The position numbers and the translations under genes were made by a program. A stretch of 54,983 nucleotides of DNA, filler included, from Sphacelaria rigidula (Eukaryota): the NCBI GenBank assembly GCA_964200075.2. It is 5 parts of 5 records of this genome, joined end to end, with 100 filler letters (N's around TTAATTAATTAA, not from the genome) between each part and the next. Parts side by side here need not be neighbours in the genome. Positions count along the whole stretch, not along the records: positions 1 to 10,918 come from CAXNAA020005680.1; positions 11,019 to 21,935 come from CAXNAA020005681.1; 3 more parts are not named here. One strand, given 5' to 3'. How positions within the stretch are numbered: the stretch's first letter is position 1; each line of letters begins with the position of its first letter. The notes under the pieces were generated by a model. That model made no database searches, was not told where the DNA came from, and worked only from the letters and a program-made list of their open reading frames with translations. Of this stretch, positions 1-11,938 are shown one piece after another.

Positions 1-567
1 AGGCCGAAGAAATCGTGGATTTGGTGATTCGAACCCGTGATGATTCGTCCTAAGAGTGCTATTTTCTTGTATAGCTCCTAGCTCTAGGAGCCCCTGGATG
101 AGATGGAAATGAGGCCGGATGTGAAACCCCTATCGTAGCATGACTCCATGCATACACAATCGACAGCTTGCCTCTTCTCGGCACATGATGAAGAGCAGTG
201 AAGACAGAGCTTTGTACGGTGCATGCAAGCATGGGGTAAGGCAAAACAGACAGTACATACAGTAGTAGCTGTATTTAACGGGCAGCTGCAGCGGCGGTTG
301 GATTGTTCCCGAATGGATGATGGCAAGTACCGTGCGTGCGGATTTGCCTTTATTTTGGCGTAAAACCCATCAAATATTTTTCAAGAGTACTGGCAACAAA
401 TGTTCTTGTTCTTCAACCGTCTTCGTCGAGAAAAGCTTAGTACGGAAAGCGTCATTTTGCCCAAACGCCTTTTGGAGTCTTTCTTGTGACCATGAGAATT
501 TGCGTCTTACATTCTTCAATTATTCGTAACTGCTGCTATTTTCTCGTTTATTCACGCCTGGCCGCAG

Positions 568-626
568 CGGAAACGGGATGGGCTGCGCAGACGGTGGTGG
601 CGCAGGAGGTCTGCTCTTCGACTCCG
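568..626 (+). CDS. NCAPH: Condensin I kleisin CAP-H/Barren, internal exon (GNGMGCADGGGAGGLLFDS)
   Basis: Pyrimidine tract + CAG acceptor at 565-567 and GTAGG donor at 627. The phase-1 end joins the 1949 exon in frame. Upstream exons are outside the window. Confidence 0.6.
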
Positions 627-825
627 GTAGGCGTTTTGTTTTCTGCTGTAATAGAGTAAAAACATATCGAGTTTTGAATTGAGTAACATGATATTAGGAT
701 ACATTTACATGAATATTTTTTATTCTCTTGAGGAATTTTTCGGTGTGTGTGTGTTCATTGAATAGATGACGTGGTTTCGGAGACCCAGTTTATTATTATT
801 ATTATTTTGTTGTTTTTAGCATAAC

Positions 826-905
826 TAACGTCTATCATGAGACCACGGCTGTACCCCTGGGGGGTCGGTTAAAGTGCGACAATTAATCAAAAATCAATCA
901 ATCAA
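826..905 (+). repeat. Dispersed retroposon-tail family ending in (AATC)n
   Basis: Motif acgtctatcatg...ccc(t)ggggg.tc.(g)tt.aagtgcgacaat(aatc)n recurs at ~8497-8545 (+), ~22165-22240 (-), ~26072-26140 (-) and ~48198-48281 (+). Confidence 0.7.
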
Positions 906-1569
906 GGGATCTGTTTTTCCCGCCGAAATCTCCGATGTTTTCGGACATCTTTGACCCCCAGGATGGATGATCTGTGTGCTTGGTAGCATTCATTTCCGTA
1001 TGACAATACGCACGCGGGGCACCGATGAGGCATTCTTGCGGTTGAATGAGTAAGGGCTGACCAAACACCCGACTAGCTCAAAATTGCCAGAGGACAAAGA
1101 GACAGGTGTTCGGATCTGTGTGATCAGTTGAAGATATGTGCACCAAGAAACGATTTGCCCAGGAAACAGGAATGTTTTGGTTTTACCATACTGTCCCCTT
1201 AATGATACTCACGAGTGGGTGTTGGAGGCATAGTAAGAGATTTCAGTTGACTTTGCAAGTGTAGGGTGTGTGTTCTTGTAGGGGTGTCTTGCACTCGCAG
1301 TGAAAGTTGTATCGATGATGATAGTGACCATGATGGGACGCGTACTACTCGATTCTACATGGTTCTACAATATCAGGGCAGACACGGCTATGTCAGGAGA
1401 GACTGGAGGGTTGAGGTCACTCCTATACTCTACAGTTGACATCAAAGGATATGCTATCTATACTGTATGTCTTGCACTGTACTCTACTGTACTCTCCTGT
1501 AGTTGTTTTATTCTGTTCCTCCATCATGTCTGTGAGGCTCGCTTCACTTCGCTGCTACTGCTTTCGATC

Positions 1570-1835
1570 GTTCTAGTGTTGTTCTAATTGTAGTCTTAGG
1601 TGTAGTTCAGCTCTAGTACTAGTTCTAGTTCCCAGTAGTTTAGTTCTACTTTTAGTTCTAGTCTTTGTAGTTGCCCTTGTAGTTGTACTTGTAGCTATGG
1701 TTGCAGTTTCAGGTCTAGTTCCAGTTCAGTCTTCGGCTTAATTTTAGTCTTGATCTTGTAATCTTGGCTTAGCTTTACTTTCAGTTTCAGTGTTAGGTCT
1801 AGTCTTGGTACTTTTTGGCCCTTGCTACTTTTATA
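1570..1835. repeat. Degenerate 6-bp periodic low-complexity tract (TCTAGT/TTCAGT/TGTAGT)
   Basis: Visible hexamer periodicity with AGT every 6 nt. Confidence 0.75.
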
Positions 1836-1948
1836 GCACTGGCAAAAAAAAACGTTTCTATTTGACAACCACAGTACGCGATTATTGTTCAAATTCAAAG
1901 ACTTCGAACATATTCGATCCTCATTCGCACCTTACCGCTGACACGCAG

Positions 1949-2180
1949 GGGACGGTGGTTTCGGAGGAGGTGACGCTTTCGATGACGACGACGACGACGA
2001 TGTGGGATCCGAGGGTTTCCATTTCGCGCCGGCGTTCGGCGTAGGGGAAGACGCAGCTTCCCGTGATGGTGCGTTCGGCGCAGGCGTGATCGGTATCGGG
2101 GCGGACGGGGCGATTGTTGATGACTACCAGGCGGAGGGACTCATTTCGGCGGACCGTAAGGTGGAGAAGATCCAAGTCAA
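1949..2180 (+). CDS. NCAPH: CAP-H/Barren exon (acidic/Gly-rich linker ending ...ADRKVEKIQV)
   Basis: CAG acceptor at 1946-1948, GTGAGT donor at 2181. Splicing to 3426 gives KVEKIQVNYARKAKRVDVRRLK, the conserved Barren/Cnd2 C-terminal motif. Confidence 0.85.
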
Positions 2181-2317
2181 GTGAGTCGAGTAGTTCTTGT
2201 TCCGTCCCTTTTTTTTCGTTTATTTTTCGTTTATTTTTTTTTTGTTGCGTGCTTCTTCCCACAGCGGAATTGCATTGTGTAGACGTGATAAAACATGGGT
2301 GCTGCTTTCAAGTGTCA

Positions 2318-2371
2318 AAATTCGAGAGTTGAAGCAGTGAAATTTCGAGAGTTGAAGCAGTGAAATTTCGA
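2318..2371. repeat. Short tandem duplication (~23-bp unit aatttcgagagttgaagcagtga, 2+ copies)
   Basis: Direct repeat read in the sequence. Confidence 0.85.
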
Positions 2372-3425
2372 TACTAAAAAGAGGAAATATGAGCCCCGAG
2401 TGTGAAACGCCCGGCTCAGTGGGGCAGTAAGCACACGGGATCGTCGTGAATCGTCTTCGGGTAGAGGATCCCCTGATGGCGTGCCACTAGAAGGCAAACA
2501 TGGTTTGCCTAGGGTTGTATTCAAGGCAAGGTGTTTTTGGGCGTCGATACTCCCCGACAGTCATGCTACGATAAGGGGAGGGGGGGGGGGGGGGGGGGGT
2601 GGGTTTTATCTTGGCGGCCGGGGGCCACTGACCAAGGGCCACCTTTTTTTTTTTCCTGCGTTTTNNNNNNNNNNGTGTGGTTTTTATGGAGGGGATGGTT
2701 GTGGGGGCGTCTGGGCGGTGGGGTTGTGGATGTGGGTGGGGGGGGGGGGGGGGGGGGGGGGGCGTGTAGTCATGATCTTGCATGCCGTAGTCACATGACC
2801 ATGGACAACTCGTTTGTTTTGCCTCGGTTGTTATACATTTATTGGCACACCTGGTTTTCCGGTTATTATTGATCTGTCTTTTCTCCCCTTTTTTTTTCAC
2901 ATCATGTTGATGTTATGGATAATGTAAAACAGATTTATTCCGCGGTTATACGTGTCGTGTTTTTTTGTCGCCTCGTTTTTTTTCTGGTCCTTTCATATAT
3001 TTCTCAACGTTATTTTTTCTCATTATGGCATATATATACATGTAATGGTAAGGTAACTACCATGTGTACTGTATATATATATTTTTTTCACACAGTAATT
3101 TTTTACTGGTGTTTCCCGGCCTTTTTAACTGTTAACGCTCGGTGGAGGGTGTCTGTTCATTCAATGGTTGCAATACGGACGCAAGTCAATTTTAAGGTGA
3201 ACGAGAGGGTTTTTTCCCGCCGCCTGGAAAAAGATAACCGAGGCAGATCTTCGGCGTGTTTTTGTTTCTTCTATCGCTTGCATATTTCGTTTCGTTTTTT
3301 GTGGGAAAAAAGACAAAACAGTTCTACCAACCATGCGACATTTTTTTTTTGTATTGTATTGTTCAATCGGTAACTTCTTTTGGTTGCTCGGCGACTTTTG
3401 CTTTTTGGTTTCTTGTCTCGAACAG

Positions 3426-3600
3426 CTACGCACGAAAGGCGAAGCGGGTTGACGTGCGTCGTCTGAAGGGAGAACTGTGGCGCAAGATCGATGCCGCGGT
3501 TGTGCCAAAAGAACGTTCCCAAGACCGTTCTTCGACCGGTTCATCTCAGGCCTCGACCTTTGACAGTGGAGATTTCGTTGACGGTCAAGATGGCTTGGAG
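3426..3600 (+). CDS. NCAPH: CAP-H/Barren exon (YARKAKRVDVRRLKGELWRKID...)
   Basis: CAG acceptor and GTAAGA donor at 3601. Matches the kleisin motif YA(K/R)xAK(K/R)(M/V)D(M/V)(K/R)xLKxxxW. Confidence 0.9.
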
Positions 3601-4439
3601 GTAAGATGGAGACGAAGCTAGTATACTGTACATGCATATCTTTTTTATGGTTTTCTTCGTTTCTGCGAAACAGGAAGGCAACGTAGTTAGCACGACGGCC
3701 GTGCGGATGTACTGGGTGGTGAAGAATAAGATCATAGACGGAGGAATCCAGTCCTCGTTTGTGTTCGCTGATAATTTCCTCAACAGTTGCTTTTCGTGGG
3801 GGTGTACTGATTTGTTGCTTGCTTTAGTCATTTCGAGGGTCGGACGCATTGTCGGTGGTTCGAATCACAGAATCTACGCTTTCAAAGAGGCCTGATGGCT
3901 TGAAAGGGAGAAAAGCGCTGACCGCTGGTCAAGGGTTGAGTTGTATCTACGGAAAATTTGCGCTCATTTCGCGTTCCTGGGGTACGCGTACCTGGAGTGC
4001 AATGCTGGAAAACTAAAGCCCAAGGATTATAGGTTCGTTCGGTACGAAGTGACTACAATTGAAACGAATGGTTTTCAGACGAAATATAATTCGTCAGACT
4101 CTTGAGTCATTTGATATTTGACCACACATCCCATTCGAGACGGAGCGTTCGTACTTTTACCAGAGACACCTCAAGGGGAAGGTGGAGGGAGGGGAGGGGG
4201 GCGCAGGGGATATGACACGGCTGGTGGAACACAACATCAGCTCAAACTAATATGTACCATGCTTTTGGTGTATATTTTTATTTTCATCATGTTCGCGGAA
4301 ACAATATGTCCTTTGGTCATTTTTTGGCATTCTCGGTACTTTGAAGTTTTCGGAGATCGTTGTCGCGTGGACTTACAATACGGTACTTACTGCTGATAAC
4401 ATCTCCTACTACGACCGACTTTCTTGGAAGTAGACAATC

Positions 4440-4805
4440 GATCTCTAGATTCTTGCTTTGGTGAGCGATATACGGTACGAGAACTTGGAGATGGAGGATA
4501 AAGGCAGTATATTAGCGCCCTCGTGAAGTTCATTAGACTCGAGCTTTTAGGGGAGATATACGGTACGTGAATCCTTAAATAATGAACAAAGACAATGTAT
4601 TTGCACACTCATCAAGTTCATTAGACTCGAGTCTTAATGGGCGATATAGAGTACGAGAAGTAAAACATGATTGATGAAGGACAGTGTATTTGCGCACTCG
4701 TTAAGTTCATCAGACTCGAGCGTTAATGGGCGATCGAGAAATCGAAAACGTTTGATAAAGACACTGTATATGCGCACTACGAGTATTATAGTTGAGTTCA
4801 TTCAC
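4440..4805. repeat. Degenerate ~88-89-bp minisatellite, about 4 units
   Basis: aagttca(t)(t/c)agactcgag at 4526, 4614 and 4703, with a weaker copy at ~4793. The intervening sequences are similar to each other. Confidence 0.75.
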
Positions 4806-5840
4806 TACTTGTTGCTGTTGTGCTCGTTTTGTCAAGAGGAGCATTTTGTGTTTTTACCGGTTTTTCGTGCAGATATTTTGTTTCTTGTCTTCCTCTGTGG
4901 GCTGTTTGATGTACGGATGTAGATGGTATGCTCCTTGCACGGTGACCACGGGCTCGAGAAATCGAGCTAATATGACGGAAAATACTATTACCTGCTTGGT
5001 TACGAGAATCTTGTGACCACAGCGGAATCCTTCGGATGTCAGTGAATGTGCGACATCAATCGAGCAAGCGAGCAATCAATCGACCAATCAACTGCTTGTC
5101 AACTTTTCCGGAAAAAAGCGGGGACCAAGCAGTCGCCCGCATCTTGACCCAATGAGCGTTGTCTGTGCTCTCATGGTGTCCTGTTGGGGATGCGCCAGTG
5201 GTGCTGTGAGCAGCATCAACCCGCCCGGCAGCCACACTGCAGTTTAAGAATGACAGTCGCGCGCGACGATATTTGGAAAATGACCATGTCGTTGGTATTT
5301 TTTCTGAGTGTGGTGAGGGTCTCACCGGTAGCAATATGTTGGTAGAGTGGGGCTGACGATGACCTGTATCAATAAATGACGATATATAGTGGGCTTTGAT
5401 TGTATGCATTGGGGTGTCAATTATATAAACCTGAACTGTTTTGCGTTTTTTTTGTGCGCGGAAGACGGGGTAGCACCTCGTCCCGCGTGATACACACAGA
5501 GTAACGCGGCAACATGCGTAGGAGAGTAATGTCATTTTCAATTGTGTGCCGCGTGTGATAAAGCAGTCCTATTGCACGCCATTTGATCATGCGAGGGTCC
5601 CCGATCTCGCTCGAGAGCAGGGTCTCCTGCGGAATCGTTGTTTATTGCCAGCTGTGGATATCCAGAATCAGTGCTGGATTGTGCAGCCGTGTTCGTTATG
5701 ATTTCCTGTAGCTGTTCATCCTCCCTTTTTTTGAGCCTCGGAGAGGTTATTCTTCACTGCATACCTGACGCGTTTCAACTCTATGCTTTGTATTTCATTC
5801 ATTTTGAGAATATATTCGTGTTTTTTGTTTTTTGGCACAG

Positions 5841-5948
5841 ACGGACGGCAAAGAGGAAGATATCGAAGAACAAGTCCCCGAAGAGATGGAAGCGCCAGAG
5901 GTTATCGATCTGACGTTTGGGAACATTGTCTACGACGTCGCATCACAG
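5841..5948 (+). CDS. NCAPH: CAP-H/Barren exon (TDGKEEDIEEQVPEEMEAPEVIDLTFGNIVYDVASQ)
   Basis: T-rich tract + CAG acceptor and GTAAAT donor; 108 nt, phase 0/0. The LTFGNIV helix precedes the winged-helix end as in other CAP-H proteins. Confidence 0.8.
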
Positions 5949-7494
5949 GTAAATTAACTTTTTTTCGTTGTTGGAATTAAAATATATCTTCAAGTATTCT
6001 TGAACAACTGGCCTTTGCTTGTTATGGGGTTACAAACGAGGTATTTTTCTCCCTATATATATTTTTTTTCAATTGTTCCAGATAATTGAATTTTCTTCTT
6101 TGTTTTCTCCTCAGCTTCTCTTCCCAAAGAAATCCTGGAAAAGAAACAGCTCTAGATTTTTGGAGAGATGTACAGTCAGGCTTGAATTGATCAATTACCT
6201 GACCTGGCAATTCTCGGGGAAAATGCTGTGTTCCAAAAACATTTGGACATACCGGAAAAAAATAGACCCGTTGACCCTCTTGGGACCGGGCCTCCACAAC
6301 GACCAATGAGGCTGGTTAGGAATGACGTGTCTCGCGTATGCACGAAGCAGTGGCTTCATGTTGCTGAAAATCCACATATATAACCACAAGGTTTTTAGGA
6401 AGACCGAAAGTTTCATCCAATGTATTTTCAGGTGCAGGTACAAAGTGTAATTCGGGTGTTGTGCGCATTAGGTAATGCACAGACTTTTACAGTATGAGTC
6501 GCCGTGGAGAGCTTTCAACAGGACATGGTGACCACCGCCCGCCGCTTGTGAAATTGGATGATATGAGTGTCCCCATTACCTTTCCACACAGCCCTTTGTG
6601 GTCGGGGTGGGCCGCGATTTTCCTCTTTGTTGCAAGCGGCAATTTGTTTTTGAAGGGCGTGGGCGTTGCGTCGCACTTACAGTACAGTACGGTCCCAAGA
6701 AGTCGCCAGTTATTAGCGATTTCACCCACATGCAAGCAAGTCCATGCAGAGTGCAGGGGTGGGTGCTACACCGATGAATACTATTTTATGGCGCAATTAT
6801 CCTCCCCTTCCCCCCAACCCCTGGCCCTCCCAGAAGGAAGGAGTAGGAACGGTGGTCCATCTCGAAAGGAATGTGTGGTCATCGGTCAAATGACTAAAGC
6901 AAGCAAGAAATGAGTACGCCTCTGGTCCTCGTCGGATCACTGAGGTTGTCAAGTTGACTTGTGTACTTCAAAATCAGGTGGTTTACAGGCGTTTCTGGCG
7001 TCTCTGTGTAACCAGAGTTTTTGTCGACCTGGATGGTTACACACACACCTATATATATACATATATATGGTCTGTCGTTGTGTATTTGTTGGAGTTAAAA
7101 AAAAAAAATCAATCCTACTAGACGCTCATCATTGTACTGTCTTCATGGTGCTCTAGTTCTATGAATTTCACACGTAGAACAGCCCATGAACTACCTCAAT
7201 ATTACTTCTTGTGAGTGCATTGATCCGGATCATGAGCTGTTCATGGCTCATTTGGCCTCTGTTCCCGCGTTGTTGCTCCCTATAGGGCTGGACGTCGAGT
7301 ACACCGTAACGCAAAGGTTGGGCTTTGGCTTTTCTGACCCGGCGGTCATGTTTTTTCTTTGTTCTTTTGGACCAACTGATCTGAGAGTCCTCCTCGATCA
7401 GTTATTATAGATAGTTCATGAGCTGTCCCATGTGTGCGAAAGAAACAGTACACACGGTCTCGATACCATTAGCTGCTGCTACAGCGACAGAAAA

Positions 7495-7698
7495 TAGAGT
7501 TTTGGAAAACGTTTTTTTTTTTTTTGTCATTTCAGAGGCCAAATATCTCAGGATCAGAGTGCAGAGTACTAAAAAAAGACTTCATCGAAATTGTTTTAGG
7601 GGAATACCACATTTGACCGAGTTTTTTTTGTTCGTTACACTTTGGTCCTGGGATATTTGCATTCTGAAATGGCAAAAAAGCGTTTCCCGAAAATCTCC
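7495..7698. mobile_element. MITE family A (~200 bp, long imperfect TIRs)
   Basis: gtcatttcagag..caaatatctcaggatcag pairs with ctg..cctg.gatatttgca.tctgaaatg. Further copies at ~45027-45228 and 47756-47964. Confidence 0.8.
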
Positions 7699-8065
7699 AA
7701 TGTTACTGTGCACTTGTGAGGTGTTTGATGTGGCCGTGGCGCGCTTCCTCGCAGTGCACCGTTTTATGGCGGAGCGAAGCGTCACGAGAGATCTTGATGG
7801 GTCAAGCAGACGACGCACCCGAGTGGGGCACTGTATCGCCGTGCTTTTCATTGTTCAGTCGGATGTCACCCGCTTGTGTATCTGAATCACAGCCCCAAGC
7901 CCTAACTATGGAGCTTACAATTTAGAGCTGCGGAGCCGTTCTTGCTCTGCTGAGTACTGGCTACAGTACCGGTTCACGGACAGTTCCTGTCGGTAATTTG
8001 TCCTGAACCGTACCGGCTCCTACCAGGCTGGTTGGCTAGATGCTGGAGAATCTACGTATGAGAAC

Positions 8066-8418
8066 TATGTGTGTGTTGTCGTCCCATCTATTCTGGACGC
8101 CGGTCTACACCTTCCGGTATATGTGGGCGCACCAGCCAGGGTCACACGGGACGATGGTCAACACAGAAATCTTTTCGTTTTTGTTTTCGTTTCAGTACTC
8201 TACCTTCCTTCTGCGGTGCTTCCCTTCATTTTTTATCGCGAGAGGGGTTTAGCAGTCCCTTTCCCTCGTCGACCGTATAGTCGAATTTTGTTTACTCACG
8301 ACATAGTCGCTCTCCGCTGTTGGGCATGAGAATAATTCTAGATCGCTCCGAGATTCGAACCCATGACCCAACCGTCCAAAGGCTTCGAGGTTACCAACTG
8401 AGCCACCGCGGCGACCGG
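8066..8418 (-). mobile_element. tRNA-derived SINE
   Basis: The minus-strand head has a Pol III A box (TGGCTCAGTTGG) and B box (GGTTCGAATC), followed by a ~270-bp body ending in a simple-repeat tail. A second head copy lies at 22036-22114. Confidence 0.75.
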
Positions 8419-8736
8419 TTCTATGTTCGACACATGATCTGCACAGTTAGTTCACCAGTGGCAAGCAACGTGGGAGTACTTTCTTGTTTATACATACCTG
8501 GGGGCTCAGTTGAAGTGCGACAATCGATCAACCGTTCAATCAATCATACATCCAGTTGCACCAGACGTACGAATCACCCTACTCAACGTGTAGTCGTTGA
8601 TGTTGACACATTCCTCTGTCCCAGATTATGATCATCTTCTGGTTTGTCGCTTGCCTCGAAGAGAAGTTTTCAGTTTCAATGAACTACTGTAGTGTTGACA
8701 GACTTTACTTTGCTGCTATTCATTCGTCTGGTGCAG

Positions 8737-8880
8737 GAGGAGCAGATGGGCGTTACCGTGCCGTTCTATTTCATTTGTGTGCTGCACCTCGCCAACGAAA
8801 AGGGCTTGAGACTGGAGGGGCGTGAAGACCTGCGAGATTTCTCCGTCTCCAGCGATCCTGTTCCTGCTGGATCTCACTGA
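8737..8880 (+). CDS. NCAPH: CAP-H/Barren terminal exon (EEQMGVTVPFYFICVLHLANEKGLRLEGREDLRDFSV...stop)
   Basis: Contains the hallmark C-terminal motif FxCxLHLANEKxLxL of CAP-H/Cnd2/Brn1. CAG acceptor at 8734-8736, TGA at 8878-8880. Confidence 0.92.
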   Translation, partial: EEQMGVTVPFYFICVLHLANEKGLRLEGREDLRDFSVSSDPVPAGSH

Positions 8881-10827
8881 GTCGAACACGTGATCGTGCT
8901 GGATTTGTAATCAAGAAATACCGGATTAGTTGGAGGAGTAGCGCCGGCGTTGTGAGGAGCATTTGCCGGATTTACGCAAAACACCCCTAGAATGTTAGTT
9001 TTCTCCTGGCGATGTGTGGTCGGCCTCCAACTGTACATTTTATAGCACCGTTTGGTTTGTTATTCGTTTTTTGCGGAGGCTGTGTGGATAGGTGGATTGT
9101 TTTTTGCACTGTACGGGGTCATGCGACACCGCTTCGGGGGATAAAATTTGAGGGGTTGCGAACCATGCACAAAGTCATCGGGCAATGGAGTGCGGTTTTC
9201 AGATGAGTCAGAGAAAGACAGACGTATCCATTGCACTAGTCGAAATCCGCGGGAAGAGGCGACCCATCTACGACAGGCAAATCTACGGCAGGCGAATCTG
9301 CGATGATACGAGAGACACTTTTGGTGGTTTGTTGTTTGCCTTGTCGAAAAGGTGGCATCCACGTCTAGGGAAAATGGCCCACACTCGGGCGCTCCGTTGT
9401 AGGACCACGCCCACACGTGGAGAGCGTGTATGCTTCAAGCGGTACATAACCTATTACGAAAGCTTACCCAAACTTGGCTGGAGGCCTGAGGAACGCGGTT
9501 CGGGCACAACAAGTCGCTTCAGCGAGTTACCATGTTGAAATTGAGTTGACATCTGGAGCAGCCAAAGTCGGCCACTTCTTGCCCCCCCGCCGGACGATGA
9601 AGCCCTCGGCGACCCCCGCCCCGCCGGCGGAGGCGATTCTGCGTCGATAGCTACCCGAAGCTCCCCGAGGACGATTGCGATACTGTCACGCGTCTCGGAT
9701 TTTGAACGCAATTCGTTCCCCATTTTTCGGTGGGTTTTGATAGCATGTGTGTATACTCAGACTAATAATACGTGCTTTCACTTTGTTGGCTCGTTTCAAT
9801 CGGACACATATATTGCTGGGGGATGACGGTACTACATGCAATCAATGGCGTACGCAACGTACGTCTACGGTGTATTCGAGGTGTATTGGATAAGAAAAGA
9901 AGCGGAAACAGCACCCTAGAGAAGAGTGCGCGGCTTTGCGTCGACGTGCGAGACAAGAAATGCTCAAGCAGAGGGGTCTACGGTAGGCCTCCCCGACGCG
10001 AAATCATGCGTGTCAAAAACGGCTAGTAGTGGTGAGTACAAACAGGCCACGAGAAGAAGCGTCGCACCATCCAGTTTTCAAGACAAGCTCGTTCGCGCCT
10101 CACGGCAACAAAACACCACCGATTCTTCTCAGCTTCGGCTCAGGAAGTGAGCACCACGTTGCTTCCGCCGCGGCAAGGGGCCGTAGTGGCAGCGGAAAAC
10201 TCCCTTCTCCTCCTCTCTTTGTTGGGGCCACCGACAGCAACGGAGTATGATTCCAAACCCTGCCTTGAACAAATGTGCTCTCAATTTCTCGTCCGTTGGC
10301 AGTTCCGCAACTCTATGGAGGATGTTTTTTGTAGAAGTGGATAGGTTCTGAATAAATACGACGAACGGGTGGCTGTTGGCAGGAGCGATGCAGACCTACA
10401 ATAGTAAAACTATAATAATGAACACATGGTCTCCAGTGGTCGAGGGAGGATGGCGTATGCTTGTTCCCTGCACATCATATTGTTATCGTTACCGCGAGAA
10501 AACTGGGGGACGTGGATACCTTAGATGGGACATCGGTATCCCAGATGGATAACATGTCCTGGATACAGTACTCGTAGAGAGAGGTTGCACCAGATTGCAC
10601 GACAATGGAAAAAGACAATGGCAACTGTTGTGCCTTGCAATCAATAGTCCTTCGTGTGTGACCATGCGAGTGTATGTGATCCAGATTGTTGTTGCACATA
10701 CTAGACTGGAGGTCAATTCTGTCACTGGTGTCCGGTGACTTTTTCACACCTTGGAGAGTATACTGCGCGGATGGCTTCGGGTGTGGTGCATGGTCTCCGT
10801 CCGACGACCGCCTTGGCGAAAAAATAA

Positions 10828-10918
10828 TTTACTTCGAACAGTTAATCCTAGAAAATGAGGTTCATACAAAATATGGGGTTGAAGTGGCATTTTCTAGGAT
10901 TAACTGTTCGAAGTAAAT
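10828..10918. repeat. Perfect 31-bp inverted repeat with 29-nt loop at the contig end
   Basis: atttacttcgaacagttaatcctagaaaatg (10828-10858) pairs with cattttctaggattaactgttcgaagtaaat (10888-10918). Confidence 0.9.
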
Positions 10919-11018
10919 NNNNNNNNNNNNNNNNNNNNNNNNNNNNNNNNNNNNNNNNNNNNTTAATTAATTAANNNNNNNNNNNNNNNNNNNNNNNNNN
11001 NNNNNNNNNNNNNNNNNN
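10919..11018. other. Artificial contig linker N44-TTAATTAATTAA-N44 (stops in all six frames)
   Basis: The identical 100-bp linker occurs four times. Confidence 0.97.
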
Positions 11019-11938
11019 TTAATCTGATTTGCTCACAGCTAGCCGAAAAACATTGTCCAACAGACTGGGGTCCGAAAAATCAATCCACGGGAGAAAATCG
11101 CCTGTAGATGGGCTGAAATCCTCATATATGTAAAAATCGGGACTCGTTGCCAAAGTGGGTCTTACCTCGCAGCATACAGTAGTAGTTACGGTACCGCCTG
11201 CTGCCCAAAGTTTTTTGTAAATCCATCGTCCATGCCATTATAGATACTTTCGGTACACACACTAAAGTCTTGCATCTCTACACGCTGCCCCTTAGTCTAC
11301 TCCATCAGTTTCTGCCAGCGAGTGTCGCCCTTTATTTGCCTGGGGTGCAATACGTTTATATCTAAAAAAATGAAATTAATATCATTCAGTTACCGTCTGG
11401 GACTAAGGAGCAGATTTGCCAAGTAACGTTCAAGTACAGTCAGTGGTGCACAAGTGTAATGGCAGCATAGAGACTGGCCAAAAACAAACGCCCGCCGTAT
11501 TCGTAGTCACGCGTCGAACCGGATCAAGTTGGGCACCGCCTGGCCGCAGGTTCCGATAAACCTTATGGAGTTGCTGCATTGTACTGCCGGGAGGCGAGGT
11601 GGGGAGTGGCGGTCAGATAAATAGAAAAATCCGCTATTTTCTCGGCCGGAGTCCGTGAAAAACCCGCCTTGTTATTCGCGGGGGTCCGCAATAGCGCGGG
11701 TGATGATGGACAAGAATTGCAAACCCCGCGTTAATGGGAAAGACGTTGTGACAAGCCGAAAACACCCTCCTTACTGGCAGTCCCGCCTTATCAGGTGCCG
11801 CTTTAACACGCGTCCACCACTACTCTACTGTGTTCTTGGACTGAGACCAATTTCGCTGCGGATCATTTGGTGTGAGGCAATCAATCAACCTAATCTAATC
11901 TTGCTCCCACCCTGCCCTACACCCCATTCGGCTTGCAG

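Noticed and set aside
110..240. Faint resemblance to an EsV-1-7-type Cys/His repeat (DVK...HDS...C..HA..G)
   Set aside because: Requires frameshifts and read-through stops; too short to support.
2575..2765. Poly-G runs, polyPro/polyGly ORFs and G-quadruplex potential (also ~21880, ~32900, ~43940)
   Set aside because: The G-runs flank gaps and contig ends, typical of low-quality short-read sequence. The ORFs are artefacts.
4440..4805. CRISPR-like repeat-spacer look
   Set aside because: Spacers are mutually homologous, repeats are degenerate, there are no cas genes and the context is a eukaryotic intron.
8341..8418. tRNA gene
   Set aside because: The anticodon arm is poorly paired and differs between the two copies, and it is attached to a SINE-like body.
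9264..9304. LRQANLRQANLR pentapeptide-repeat-like peptide
   Set aside because: Only a 15-bp duplication followed by a stop codon.
10963..10974. TTAATTAATTAA as a biological motif
   Set aside because: Always centred in N-runs; it is a synthetic six-frame stop linker.
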